NCBI GenBank assembly: GCA_951406725.2
Contig: OX597814.1
Location: forward strand, 120,280,001-120,344,000
Reading direction: 5' to 3'
Length of the DNA stretch: 64,000 bases
Source: Octopus vulgaris
Lineage: Eukaryota
The translations under genes and the position numbers were made by a program. The notes beneath the pieces were generated by a model that searched no databases, was not told the DNA's origin, and worked only from the letters and a program-made list of their open reading frames with translations. Shown in pieces: positions 1 to 13,814 of the stretch (positions are counted from its first letter, which is position 1; each line of letters begins with the position of its first letter).

Positions 1-324
1 ATAAATATAAGAGTTTCTGTGGAACAAAAATGTATTGTATAATAAGGTTATTTTGTCTAGAAGAACTAAGGTGAATGAACCTGCTGACTGGATGCATTAT
101 ACATACGCCAAATCCTTCACAGTTTTCAGAACCTAAGTAAATCAATCATGTTCATGTGTGAACGGGATTAAATTTAAAATCCAAGTGATTAAACTTTCAT
201 CATTTCGAATATAGTGAGAATCAGAACATAACAGCCACCTGATGGTTCGAAGTTATTAAGTATACAGAGAAAACACCTAAAATAAAAATTATAGTACCGA
301 TTAAATAATGCAAAAAAATAACAT

Positions 325-475
325 TGGCTCATAGTGTCGGCTTTCCGGTTTTCTTGGCGTATAGATCCCCCACCTGGATGGGACACCGGTCCGTCGCAGG
401 TGAGCTGCAAGATGCAGGAGGAAAGAGTGAGAGAAAGTTGTGGCGAAAGAGTCAGCAGAAGTTCGCTTTTACCTT
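325..475 (-). mobile_element. SINE-related fragment (3' part resembles tail of the SINE at 18699)
   Basis: ggctcat..ggctttccggttt..tggcgtat..ctggatgggacaccggtcc resembles the reverse complement of 18850-18925. Confidence 0.5.
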
Positions 476-3179
476 CTATATTGTTGTGCATGCATGTGGT
501 CAGTGATAACAATACATTTGTTAAAACACGTTTTCATGGCCAGACTTTCTATCTAACAGATAACCCTTCTTAGATTTACAATTACATTTATGCTCATATT
601 AGGTGAAATGTGTGTAGCTGATTGAGAACATAAGGGTTGGAGAAACTGCTTCTAGGATGTCATTAAGGTGTTATGAGTTCAGGTATCACCAAAAATTACT
701 GTGAAGGTCTAATTCAAAAAATATAGTACTAGTCAGATAGTTAGGGCTGTATGAATTGCTCTGCTCACGTCGTTTTAATTCAGTCTGTTAATCTTTTTCT
801 TTTTGAAAATAAAAGATGAGTGCCTAAGTTGGGTATGCAGAAAGCTCCTAAATTGCCCAATGCCGTTGTATATATTTCATTGGCGCCCACGCAACTCCAT
901 AAAGATTTAAAGGCACAAAAATATTTATATTACGCATACATGCATTCATAAGTGGATACACACACACACACATGCATAAACGTTCCTGAAGTTTATCATT
1001 TAAGTATATATGAGCAGGTCTAATATGCAATCATATGCATGAGAATACGTACATGCATAAAACAAAACATACAATTCTGCATATATACATACAAAAATAG
1101 GATATAGGTTAGAAACCGACTATTTCTGTATCGGTAAGAAATCTTGAAATAATACTGAATGAAGACATACATACATACATTCATAAATACATGTTTTGAC
1201 GTAATGGTGAGAATTGAAATGTGTAAATTATTATGCGCTTCCAACTGCTTAGATATTGCCCACATCGTCACATTTTCCTCATCACAGTAATTCTTAAGAT
1301 GGAATGACAAATAATGTCACCATAATGAGAAATCTCTACATCATTCTACTATTGTGATAAACATTTACACAATATGAGACCCACTCTTTGAGTCTATCTC
1401 ATTTTTTTCTAGTGAGTGGCCGAGGCAAAATGACCTGCAACGAATTGAAACCGTTGGTTTTAAAACAGAGCGTCCCTATCCTAGACGGATGCTGTAACAA
1501 CAGCTAGGTGTCCTTCATCCTCAGACATTTGCACACCAAGAAAAGAACCAAATATGTTCCTGTATCCTAACGCTCAGATAGAATGTCATCACATATGCCC
1601 ATTAACTCGTAACAGGGATCCTCACTGGTACTGCTAATCCAGGAAAAAAAGTGGCTAACAGATTGTTCCTTAAAACCCCTAGAAGTCCCGAACTGGAGCT
1701 ACCAGCATGAAGCAGTTTAATGTCATAACCAGGACGATGCACATACATATTTCCATTCATACACGCAAGCACACCAGAATTAACACGGTAGCTCACACGC
1801 GCATGCATGCAATTACATACATATTAATTATAAAAAAGCTAATAGAAATTCTATCAACAAACTGACATGACCTATAAGTATAGCAAATAGAAGGAGTGAG
1901 GTTTTGTTTGGTTTAGACAATTAATCTATCAGAAAATATAATACTGTTATAAACCATACATTATTACAAATTTCAAAACATCGTACATAAACGTATTTAT
2001 ATATTTAGCAGTATTTTGTGTATCTTGTATATTGATGCTCCTCTATCGCATAACGTAGCCTCGATACATCAAAAACATAACATCTATACGTATATAGAAA
2101 AACGAAAGACACAAATGGAATACAAAATAGGCATAAAGAATGTTTCTTCATCGGTTGTTGGCTCTTTCTTTAGTCTGATATTTCGAGCATTTAACAACAA
2201 TATACGCTTTCGATAAAACAGTTGCTTCCACAAAGCAAACCAAATAATATTTGGGATTTTGCAGTGGGTCAAAATAGGTAACACAAGCAGGACAGTCAAA
2301 ACAACCAGGAAGAGTTGCTAAGCTTAAACAAGGTCGTGGTGGCGAACTCGTAAATCAAGCTAGGACAGGAGACAAACAAGAACACGTCTACATTGTTCTA
2401 GCTATAACGGAGAGAAAGAAAGAAAGATTGCCGATGGTCACGTAGGCGCCATGCGAGCAAGGAAGGAGGAGTGAGGGACAGAGGGTGACAGAACAATAGG
2501 ATAGAATAGTGGGAGGAGTTATAAAAACAAAAGAGAGAAAAACGAAAGAGTAAAAAGATAGTATAGAGTGAGTATCATATAGTTAGATAGAGAGACAGAT
2601 ATGTATGTATGTGTGTTTTGTGTGTGAATGTTGTATGTGTGTTTGTGATTAAGCATCTGATCGAAAATGTGTCAAGAACAAGAGATTTTTGTTTTTCGGG
2701 GATAAGGGATTGCTGTCAAGACCTTTCCCAGGTCATCTTAACAGCAGAGGCTTCCATGCCGAATCGATATGGTGGATGTTTACAACCATTAGGATAAGAG
2801 GAAAAGAACTAACTTGTGTGCAAGATAGAAGAAACTGCAAAAAGAGTCTCTTGTTTGTTATGGAGCAAGAAAAGAGCGAGAATGGAAGTGGAAGGCAGGG
2901 GAAGATTTTGAGCAGTGATGAGACCACCTTTGCTGACCCACCAATGGTAAGATGATACGAGTCAGAATCAAAACAACTGGTCATCGTTGAATAATTTTTG
3001 ATGGCATCAATTAATCCTGGTTAAATCTCCGTCCCCTTGATGAATGAAAACGAAACATTTCGTTTTAAGTGTTATTGATAGTATCCATCTTCACAGATGT
3101 GCGTTTGTTTACGCTTGTAATTATCCCCCATCTGCCATGCCTATTGACCACTGTGTTGCTTTGTTTACATCCTCATAAC

Positions 3180-3370
3180 TTAGTAGTGTTATATAAGAAT
3201 CGCTTTGAAAAAATAAATATTAGGGTCGATAGTTCGAGTAAACAGCATTCAAGTTGGATCCTCAGCATAACTTCCAGAGATCCTACAGCCCCTGATCTAG
3301 TCTGTGAAGTTTTTGGCAGTAGATATATGTCTGGCGCAGGCTTAATAAGCCACCATAGATATCATGTAGT
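3180..3370 (+). pseudogene. Possible RTE-type LINE ORF C-terminal remnant
   Basis: Translation LVCEVFGSRYMSGAGLISHHRYH resembles the C-terminal C-x2-C...GLxSHxRxH zinc finger of RTE ORFs. Confidence 0.35.
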
Positions 3371-3515
3371 AATAACTGTTACAGATTAGAACGATTTTCA
3401 TGCCGGGGCCAAACTCACTTGCACTCTCTAGCGGAAAACGGGTATAAATTGCACATGTTTATCTCGGTACTTAAGTAAACTCAGAGAAAAATCATCAGAA
3501 TGATCTGGAATACTC

Positions 3516-3640
3516 TTTTACTCTTTACTCTTTTACTTGTTTCAGTCATTTGACTGCGGCCATGCTGGAGCACCGCCTTTAGTCGAGCAAATCGACCCCG
3601 GGACTTATTCTTTGTAAGCCCAGTACTTATTCTATCGGTC
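3516..3640 (-). mobile_element. 3' half of SINE family A, fused just downstream of the tRNA-Gly
   Basis: Near-identical to the 3' parts of copies at 41924-42312 and 60595-60972 (gaccgatagaataagtact..cttacaaagaataagtcc..ggtcgatttgctcgactaaagg). Ends in a (GAGTAAA)n tail. Confidence 0.88.
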
Positions 3641-3653
3641 AACATTGTCGATG

Positions 3654-3724
3654 TGCATCGGCCGGGAATCGAACCCGGGCCGCCCGCGTGGCAGGCGAGC
3701 ATTCTACCACTGAACCACCGATGC
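3654..3724 (-). tRNA. tRNA-Gly-GCC: tRNA-Gly(GCC), 71 nt, intact cloverleaf sequence
   Basis: Minus strand reads GCATCGGTGGTTCAGTGGTAGAATGCTCGCCTGCCACGCGGGCGGCCCGGGTTCGATTCCCGGCCGATGCA: acceptor stem GCATCGG/CCGATGC, GCC anticodon, GGTTCGATTCC T-arm. No encoded CCA and no immediate oligo-T terminator. Confidence 0.96.
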
Positions 3725-3954
3725 AATACTCAAACAGTCAAAAAAATTCATAAAATATCTCGAACCTACAACAAGTTCTGTAGGTCACTGGCAGGATTCC
3801 AGAGCCATTGTCGTTCTCACAACAGATAATAGTGTGGTACAGTCTATTTAGTCAGTTATGGCTATATACGTTTGAGTCGACAGGTAACGGAAGCCATCAA
3901 CAGTTATTATATATACATACATACATACATACATACATACATACACACAGACAG

Positions 3955-4015
<61 letters not shown>

Positions 4016-4804
4016 CAGAGAGAGAGAGACAGAGAGAAAGAGTTAGTAAGAGTAAGCAATCGCGATAAACGTGTTTTATATCTATATTGCGTTTGTATCA
4101 TATTTACATTGACTTTTGAAATGAATGATTTATTTCGTTAGTGTGATTCTAGTAGTACATAAAAAAAAGGACTTTTTGACATTTAAACTAGTGTTACCTC
4201 GCAAAACCACTGGGATATAGGACAATATAAATAAACCTTATATTATCAATTTCTTTGTCAATTACGCATTCTCCCTTTAGATGCCGTCTAACATTGAAAT
4301 AGTTGAGATGGAACGTTAGTAAATAATCGATTGACTTACTATCACTTGATAAACTTTTGGTCAAATAATTATAAGGGAAATGAATAAAAGTCTAACAAAA
4401 GTTATTAAATAGAAGTGAATAAAATTAAATTCAGTATAAGATTTGGTTTCAAGATTACCTTTCAAACACTTCAAAACGATATTGATTTTGGCTGATTTTT
4501 ATAAAGACGATTATATCTGAATAGATTTCCATATAATATAATATGTGTGAATATATTCGTGAGTGAAAACACCGATGTGCAATCATTAATTTACCAAATA
4601 CAAAACAGAAACGCTACATTAGCATTTCCTTCAGACTCTAGCATGCTCGATACGTTAATGAACATCACAACCTCTTTTCACATTTTCTCAAAACACAGAG
4701 CATCTTTTCAATAGATTTGAAAGCGAATTAGTGGTTGTGTTAGGGAAAAAAATGTGAAATCGAGCTTCAAATGAAGTCGCTGATTATAACGGATTGTAAT
4801 TGAA

Positions 4805-5005
4805 ATACAAGGCCAGAACTGTTGACGTGAAAGGGTAATCAAAGCCATAGATCATAATATTAATAGGTACTTTATTTTTTCGACCCTATAAACGTGAAAG
4901 CACTGTTAACCTTGGCTGGACTAGAAGCGAGATCGTAACTAATCAGATGACGTATCATATGACAGTCTTTTCGCGGTTTTAACGACTCTATCACCTCTTC
5001 ACCCT
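4805..5005 (-). mobile_element. Old copy of SINE family C (Nin-domain-like)
   Basis: acaaggccag..ggtactttatttt.tcgaccc..gttaacctt.gc aligns by eye with copies at 11395 and 44685. Confidence 0.5.
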
Positions 5006-5687
5006 TTCTGCATTTGCTCTTCCTTTTCGTTTAAAACCTACTAGTCATAATCTTATGGTGATTTCTAATAACGTGTATTGACCCATTCATTAAATTTCTT
5101 TCCTTTCAAATAGTGATTTCTTTACGCTTATTTAAAGAAGATGAATATAAGCTACATTATGCATATGTCATTGTTATGTCGAACGTTCGGATGACCTCTA
5201 CTCAACTCCTCGACGTCTAAACTTTTCTATATCTACGTACTGGGCTAGCCTACTTCATCGTCGGGGGCGTCGACACAAAAGTCATTGAAGGCAAAACATC
5301 TTTCAGTATCATCAGTACTTGATTCAATATAAACTACGGAGAATATTTTTTCTTTATATTGTTTCTCCTTTGTGTCTTCAACTCAGATAAATGAGAAGAG
5401 TCCGATACACTAAGGGAAATATCAATGAATTCCGTACAAACAAATAACTGTCCGTAAATTGAATCAACATGCAGGGACCACAGATAGACTCACTTGATTA
5501 GTTATCCCAATGTCTGTGGACTACAGACGTGGAAGCTATTCATTGTAGCAAACGTAACAGAGTGACCGAGAGTCGCAACGAAAATTCGCCTTCTTGAGTT
5601 TGCAAGAAGCTAAATTCATATCGTCACGTTTATAAATTTCTTCTGCAAGATTTCACCTGAAGAGAAATCGTGTGTTGAAATCAAATA

Positions 5688-6036
5688 GTGTTATATTTCG
5701 GAACGGCCATTTTTTTTCTTGCCAAATAAACACACGCATTATAAATAAATATATATATATATATATATATACGCATTCATTATTCACTCGTTTATTAATG
5801 TTATTTTATTTTATATCCAGTAGGGGAAAATATCTCGTCACACATCTCTGACCTCTTCACCAACAAAAGGTGGCACATAGGATGGAGGAATAACGGAAGA
5901 GGTCACAGATGTGCTACGAAAGATTTCCAGACAATGAGTATAAGATAAAATAAAAGAATCTTAAAATAAGAATGAATATATAGTTCGTGTGTATTTTGGG
6001 CCAAAAAGAAAATAATTACCATTCCGAAATACAACA
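5688..6036. mobile_element. Old fold-back element with long imperfect inverted repeats and decayed hammerhead-like motifs
   Basis: Arms about 5688-5860 and 5895-6036 are imperfect reverse complements (cacatctctgacctcttc / gaagaggtcacagatgtg; atttcggaacgg / ccattccgaaat). Each arm carries an NNGAAGA-GGTCA..GA(A/G)A remnant. Confidence 0.6.
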
Positions 6037-7899
6037 GTAAATTCATATCCCGAATCATGAGATAAAAATTACCTCACGCTATTTTACTGCGACAAAACAA
6101 TATTACTTAGAGAAATCGTTGTGTTACGCAAGTGACATTATCTGTATACATGAAGAAAGACGTTAAACTAGCAACTATCCAAGGCAATACAAATGGTCTG
6201 ATGCTATAATCTCTGGAAATTTGAAGTGAATATAAAATTTTCTATTATTTTAGATAATAAATTTGATAAGCAGACATCTGCTACTGATAATCACGAACAC
6301 TAATACAACTTGTGTACGGGTGAATCGTCGACTACTAATCCAATTAAGCCATCGAAGTTGTTTAGTGAAATGGATAAGATTTAGGCGCTTAGGTAGATGA
6401 AAAACAAAACCTTTCAAAGAAGTAATGAACTCGAGAGATTCAAAAAACATCGAAAGTGTGTATATATGCATGTGTGCTTGTGTCTTTATATTTGTGTATA
6501 TGTATGTGTATGTGCGTATAAGTATATATATAAATGTATTTATATCAAATGAATGAATTTACAGCAAGACATATCACCAATAATGCTATGAAGGTGTTCA
6601 CTGCGTAATCTCCATAAATATCCGTATACTGACATAACAGGAAAACTGTGTACTGTTATTAAGATTTTACGTTCAAGAGGGCTGAAAAGAGATTCAATAA
6701 TATAGGATTGTTGTAGTCCTTTATGTATGTGACAGACAAGATGCATTTTCAAATCCGCTTTAGTTTCTCAGCTTTATCGATACAACATCAATATACAAAG
6801 TAAAGGGAAATGTATGTATTAAAACTGCCGGTTTGAATGGTTGGTTTTAAGGCGATAAATTTTCGAGCTTCAAAATAATTAAATTCGTAGTAGTGACGTT
6901 ACAAAATGGATGTTGTGAGAGATGCAGAGTAGCTTACTCTGTGTGATAGCGATACTTCTTTGATTCAATATTGATAGTAAGAGAAGCTAACGATGAGATA
7001 AGAGTAATGTATTTCGTGTCGATAATATTCTAAACATTCATACTTCACGTTGTTTATTTCTCGAATAAAACTTGATTTCATGTATATGGTGTTTTTGATA
7101 TTATATTTTAGTGGTTTATTTAATTTGAGAACATTACGCTTTATGCTGCAATATACCAAGTTGACTATTTGTGTGTTGAATGTTATTTTTGTGTTCTGGT
7201 TTCCTGTCCGTTCTGATAATACTTCAATTGTTCCACTGAACAGTATGAGTTTTCTTTTTGATTCCCATTTGTGTTTTTAAATTTTACTAAAATGGAGCTT
7301 TGAAGAGAAATTTATGCGGAAGGAGCAGATAACTGACTCTTTTGTTCTGCTCTCTTTTCATCTTGTTTGTCTTTCTAACTGGTTGATAATTTTAAATTAT
7401 TAACGTTTTTAATGTGTCACGTGCAATATAATAAGCAGACCGCTTTAACACATTAAAGTGATATTCTCTTTCTTTCATTAGTTATATAGATTATAGATAG
7501 TATTTGGTTAAGAGAATACTGCACTTAGATATCATGGTTATTTATGGTTATTTATGTTACTGGTTCAAAGTATATCGATCTCAGTAAAACAAAAGAATAA
7601 AAGAATAAAAAAAGGAAGTCAGATTAAATGTATTTAACAACATAATCTCAGTTTGCCTCTACTGTATTTTTAATTAATAATGACTTTCAACTGGAGATAT
7701 AAAACTTGTAATGGAAGATGAATGCGGCGGTTTGAAGTTCATATTAGTCATTTTCTTTTTTTCTTTTTTGCAAAATGTTATGGCAATATCTACACTAGTA
7801 TACAATGAGCTGTACGCAGTTTTACTTCAGTATCCCTACCATGGTGACAGGAGAGCGTCGGGTAATATAAACAGGACACCTCGTTCCAAGAATGTTGCT

Positions 7900-8870
7900 A
7901 TTTTCATTTTCTCACAGACCTTTCTCTCAACAACACTCCACATGCAATAGTCCAATGGAATGAGATCAGGGGAATTAAGAGGCCAAATGTTAGGGATTAT
8001 GTGATCATGAACATTTTCAGCCATCCATTACTGTGTTACTAGAAAGATGTGTGGTAGTGCAGTTTCTTCTTTAAACACACGTGGCCTTCCATTGCATACA
8101 CTGTCTATCCAGGGCTTAGCAATTATTTCCAGGACATTATTGTAGGCGGCAGAATTCTGAAACCTTGAGGAAAGAAGTAAGGAGGCATCACATGTCCTTC
8201 ATCGTTGACAACCACTAAAACAGTGACAGTTGCCGGAAATTTTGTATGCATATTACTTAAAACATCAGAAGGGTCTGCATATAACCATCTGTTATTTCTT
8301 CTGTTAACATTTTGATCTTGGTCGAAGTTCTTCTCGTTTAAGAATAAACAAATCAAATCTTCTGCTGTGTCTTTCAGTTTGTTTAAGAGTCTTTTAGATC
8401 TGATGTAGTGATTTTCTTTTACTTTTTATGACAAATTGACCTTTCCTCATCTTATAAGACTTATGTCTTTGTGGACAACATTTCTGATTGTTCCTTCTGA
8501 CAGATGGAAATCTTTTGCAACTGACCCCGTGGACTTTGTGGGATTGTTATCGATGGTCTTTTGAACTTGTTGGATAACTTCAGGTATTATGATTTCAGAG
8601 CGTTTACAATACAGTTTATCCTTTGATACTGGTGATACACTTTCATCGTCAGTCTATCTCCTTACAAATTTTGCAGAAGAAAGATCTGGTGACTTTTAAA
8701 AAGTCGAGATATACTCAACCTTCATAACCGCAATAACAGCATATTTCTTCATTTCTTGAGTAAGCTGAGGGTCTGCAATTATTATTTTCTGAAACAAAGA
8801 TTATACTGCGTTAGGAAAAATGCAGGAATGACCGAAAAATGGTATGTCCTCAAATGCCTTAAGCACTCAG
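7900..8870 (-). mobile_element. Tc1/mariner-superfamily transposon relic, one end truncated
   Basis: Fragments WPLNSPDLIPLDYCMWSVVE and NEKNF..NRRNNRW..HTKFPATVTVLVVV..GHVMPPYFF. Terminal tgtcctcaaatgccttaagcactcag+TA matches the TIR of 62627-63772. Confidence 0.88.
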
Positions 8871-8987
8871 TATAACTGCAATTTGTCAACAAAATAATAC
8901 CTTTACATATTTATGAAGTTTTTATCCAATTGTAGCAAGCATGTTATGAATTTTTAAGTCATATAATTTACACAGGAACATATAGTA

Positions 8988-9032
<45 letters not shown>

Positions 9033-9180
9033 TACATATATATATTGCTGTAAGGAAGCACAATCTTAAAATTATGGCATACTCTAATTATTCTAATCAA
9101 TAAATTGACAGTGTTTTATATAACAGGAGAATGAAAGTATATGATTATTCCTCAAGCTATATCCTACCCTGATTTTGCAG

Positions 9181-9242
9181 CTAACTCGAGCAGATCAGAT
9201 ATTAGTGGGAAGAATGATGAAGCAGAAAATGATGGTTCAGAG
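9181..9242 (+). other. Candidate host exon
   Basis: ttttgcag acceptor, GAG|gtaaag donor, open frame NSSRSDISGKNDEAENDGSE. No homology recognised. Confidence 0.2.
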
Positions 9243-10275
9243 GTAAAGAGGGAGATTTTGAATAAAATGTAAAATTGAAAGCAAAGAACAATTCCACAGG
9301 GTGTACAGAATTTTCCTTTAGTTGCTGCAGAGAAAAGAGATTCATACTACCTTAGCCTTTGTTCTAATGAAACGCCAAATTCCATGGTAACCTGTAAGCC
9401 CATTCGATATAACTGCGGCGAGATATAATGTTGCAAGTTGTCGATCTCATTGTGGTATTTAGTCTAAAAATGATATTGGATGTCCCTGTAGCGGAATGTA
9501 TGTGTAACATTTTAAAGAAATGCTAAGTTCATTTTTATATAAAGCAAACATTTTCTGTTTCTCTTCCCGACACACAAATGGGCAAAACTGTTATGCTATA
9601 ACACAAGATACATACTAAAATTTATGACAGGACTCCATATATAATTCAGCTGTAAGCATTATACTTTATCATAAAATGCTTGTTTAAAATTTAGTGTAAT
9701 GCAGGTAATATACTATACTTTATTGTATCTAACTAGTTTATTATATGAAACTAAGTTTCAATGCAATAACATTGAAAATAGATGCTTATCCAGTAGTAAT
9801 GACAATATCTCTTTTGCTTCATAAATATTTTCATAAAGTTTCCACCGGGAAAACTAATTCCGCTGTGTTTGAATTAAATGCAAGTACAAAATTTCTCAAC
9901 ACAATTATACTTGAATTGCAGTGGTTTGTCAAATCGTGCTGAAATATTAAATGTTTTTTTTTAATAATCTAATTTCATGAGTATATATTAATACTTAAAA
10001 TCTAACTCATGGTTAACCTTCCATAACATGCTTAACATATATAACCGTACTATTTCAACAATGTTTAACTGCATAAAAATATCTACCGATGAAAAATCGG
10101 GTAATTTTGATGATGAAGCAGTTCAAGATAAATTTTACTCTATGTAGCAATCACTCTGTTTAGCCTGTTTGTTATAATATTCAAATATGTCAACCACCAT
10201 CAGTATTTTCACAAAGGAAGCGTGTATATTTGAGGATGCATATTATTATTGTTTAGCAGTTTTTTTTCCCATTAG

Positions 10276-10379
10276 AGTTATGGAAATGAATTATACAGGT
10301 GTGTCAGTGGAAATCATATTTAAGCTAGAAATATGTCGTACTTTATACGAAAATAACCACAATGTGATTGAAAAACCTT
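10276..10379 (+). other. Candidate host exon
   Basis: tttttttcccattag acceptor, CTT|gtgagt donor, open frame VMEMNYTGVSVEIIFKLEICRTLYENNHNVIEKP. Confidence 0.25.
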
Positions 10380-11394
10380 GTGAGTGCAACAAACTAAGCT
10401 AGTACTCACATTTATCTTCATACACATATATCCATGTACATGCACAAACAAAAAATAATAGAAGGCAATTTGCAGAACAATATTAGACTGCTGTCTAGTT
10501 GCACATTTCTTATCCAAACTACACTTAACAAACTACTTAGACTATGAGGTGTTTTGTTCTCAATAACCAATTTTCAGTTTTCATATCTACAGCTTAGGGA
10601 GTACATGCACCATATACGTATTTAAAAGGAATATATTTCAATTTCAATTACGTGTTTAACCTATATTAAAAAGTATTTAACCTATATTAAAACAGAAATT
10701 GCAACGCCGTTTAAAATGGAACTGTTAGGTACGAAATAAATGACAAAAATGCATAATAATTATTGTTATTTCTATCATTATTTATTCATTTTGCAAATGA
10801 TATAATTAGAAGTCGTAATCAATTCCACTGTTTTCTCTACCAGTACAAATAATCGCGTTTTTTAAAGGGAATTCATTATATAAAACTTACATATTGGTAT
10901 TATAACGTTTTCATGTTGAGTACCCAAATAGTATCTTGAAAATAGCTGAGTGATTTTAAGTCATACAACGTTCATTAGAAATGCTACAATATTAGAAATG
11001 CTACAATATTTAACAAGAAAGATATTATAAGGAAATCTGATTCACTAAATCGGTGCCAAAAATTTCAAAATATTTTATATTTTCACATGAAGTATATTTT
11101 GAGAGCCAGTTGCCTTTGTATCGTAACTCTATAACTTATAAGAATGATTAAAATAATTTATCTTAAAATTAGTGTGGTAACATCAGTATCAGAAGGTAAT
11201 AAATAGGAATAATTCTATTCACAATGTAAAACAAGACACAAATTTAAATTAAGAAATTCTTTTCTATGTCGAATAATTTTTGATGGAAAAATTCCGCCAT
11301 GTAATATTTACAATATATTATTTAATATTATCGGGCGTCAGTGGTAATGTTTTAAGAAATATTTGCAGTAAATCATTAATATACAGATTTCAAA

Positions 11395-11600
11395 TTTTGG
11401 AACAAGGCCAACAGGTTCAGTTTAGGGCGCTAGTCGATATCATCGACTCCAGCGCTCATCTGATACTTATTTTATTTATCCAGAAAGGATGAAATTCAAA
11501 GTCGACTCCGGCGAAATTTGAACTCAGAATTTAAAGACGGACGAAATGCCGCTAAGCATGTTGTCCGGCGTGCTAACTATTTTGTCAGCTCCCCATCTCC
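11395..11600 (-). mobile_element. tRNA-derived SINE family C (Nin-domain-like)
   Basis: Minus strand has a tRNA-like head with B box GAGTTCAAATT, then gtcgactttgaatttcatcctttc..gataaa..aagta. Homologous to 44685 and 52297. Confidence 0.8.
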
Positions 11601-12584
11601 ATATTATTAATATATTTTAACGATATGTCATGAAGCAAATTTAGCGGTCCTTCAAACGGTAATTTCCTACAGCGAATGAAAATTTTAAGATGAATGTCAA
11701 ATGAAGTACATATGTTAACACTCTTCAGTAGCATATGGACAACTACACTAAGTATATTCGCATATAGCAACTCTACATACCAACTCACGACAAACAAAAT
11801 AGTTGGTAGTCCAATGTGCTCGAAAATGAAACCAATTCCTTGAAATTGTAACCTACCAAATGCATTTGACAATTCCCGAACAAATAACGTGATCTACTCT
11901 GAATTGTTTGAATATATAGCATCTCGATCAAGGTAGAATTCATATTAAACAACAGAATTCTATGGTATATGAACTGTTATGAATCATTTTCCTGCAGCAT
12001 TTTCTCTTATTTATCAACAGTCTCAATCTCGTTAGTAAAGCTTGAGACTTCTGACAGATGAGGAGGTTTATTTAATACAAATATAGCTAAATCATATTTA
12101 AAAATTCATGTTTACCAAAATATTTCGGATTCATTTAGATATTAAGAGTTTGTCTACTATATTCAAAAAAATGAAGTAAATTCATTTTATAATTAAAATG
12201 AAGACAAGTAGGTAATTATGCATACCTGCACTCGCAACTTTACCAAGCTTAGATGTTTTATAATAGGAAGCGTTGCGTGTTTTACGCGGTGTTTTAAACT
12301 GAAAGAATCTGTGAGCTTTGTGTTGTAAAGATGCCAGTAAAATCTGCAGCGTGTACTAAAAGAATATCTTGTTTCTTGCATAAAACATTTAACATTATTT
12401 AAATATATGGCATTGTTTTGATTGCAGACAACGAGGATTCTCACTTGTAATTCGCACTTGCAGCTATGTATCAGTAAAATGATTTGCTTTGGTGATAGCA
12501 TAAGTTCGTATCATAATCTTCATTTAAAAAAGAGAAAAAATTCGTGCGAAATATAATTCCACTTCCGTGTAGCTTTCTCTTTTA

Positions 12585-12594
12585 TATATGTATG

Positions 12595-12674
<80 letters not shown>

Positions 12675-12689
12675 GCATACATATTTATA

Positions 12690-12729
<40 letters not shown>

Positions 12730-12732
12730 TAC

Positions 12733-12806
<74 letters not shown>

Positions 12807-12809
12807 GCA

Positions 12810-12850
<41 letters not shown>
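12585..12850. repeat. Long interrupted (TA)n microsatellite
   Basis: Direct reading; source of poly-(YI) ORF artefacts. Confidence 0.95.
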
Positions 12851-12852
<2 letters not shown>

Positions 12853-13376
12853 GGGGTGTGAAAATGGAGAATTTTCATTATTTTTTCTCATTCATAAATA
12901 TTTTAAATATGTATCTAATATATTTAGTTTTCACTGAACACTGTTCTCAACCGAAAAGCTAGGATGCTGGCATTCCTTAAAGAATTATAGGTTCGAGACG
13001 CAACTATATGTACGCATGTAATCACGGACTCACATTTTTACATATATCTATACCTATACGTTGTACACGGCCGTACACACAAGAGTTATGCTAAATGCTC
13101 ATCTGAGCGTGAGAAATATTGATATATGCGTGTTTAGGAAAAATTATAGAAGAAGCTTATATGTGGAATGAGAACGTTGGCATAATACATCAAGCTGGAT
13201 AGACTATGAGTAATGAATAAGAAGTATAACTCATGTTTGTGAAATAGTCTCTCATAAGGGGTCTATAAATCTAAGACATTAAGATTTAGGCTTACGATGG
13301 TTTCCAATAAAAAGGCAGCTAATTATGATAACGATTTTCATCGCTATCATTATTTTTTTAGAAGTTGAAAATACAT

Positions 13377-13680
13377 CCTCGGTTACGAGGATGAAGGTCA
13401 CAGCTAATAAAATCAACGGAACAGCTTGCTCGAGAATTTAACGTGCAAGTGGCAGAGCACTTCACAGTCACGTGTATCCTTAACGTAGTTCTCAGGGAGC
13501 TTCAGCGTGACACAGAGCACGACAAGGCTAGTCCTTTGTAATACGGATCATTTTTGCCAGCTTAGTGGACTGGAATCACGTAAAATAAAGTGTCTTGCTG
13601 AAGCACAGAACGCGTCACCTGGATTTGAACTCACAGCCGTACTCTCGTGAGATGGAAGCCCTAACCACAAAGCCACCTGT
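13377..13680 (-). mobile_element. tRNA-derived SINE family B
   Basis: A box GTGGCTTTGTGG, B box GAGTTCAAATCC, central gcaagacactt.attt.acg..ccagtccact.agctg.caaaaatga shared with the 18699 copy; different 3' tail. Confidence 0.8.
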
Positions 13681-13780
13681 CTTCACTAGATAAATATAGA
13701 TATATAAGATATAGACAGATAGATACAGAGATATATATAGAGAGAGATATAGTGAGATGGAGAGAGATAGAGAGGAAGGG

Positions 13781-13814
<34 letters not shown>

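Noticed and set aside
3481-3726. 81-aa ORF MHRWFSGRMLACHAGGPGSIPGRC
   Set aside because: It is the tRNA-Gly and SINE tail read as codons.
10655-11010. Short tandem duplications (tttaacctatattaaaa x2; attagaaatgctacaat x2)
   Set aside because: Ordinary slippage duplications; no spacer structure, not CRISPR-like.
12524-12962. Many 60-160 aa ORFs rich in YI/CV/poly-I/L/T (also 30527-30931, 38474-38912, 39161-39678, 53132-53605)
   Set aside because: They are translations of di- and trinucleotide microsatellites, which lack stop codons.
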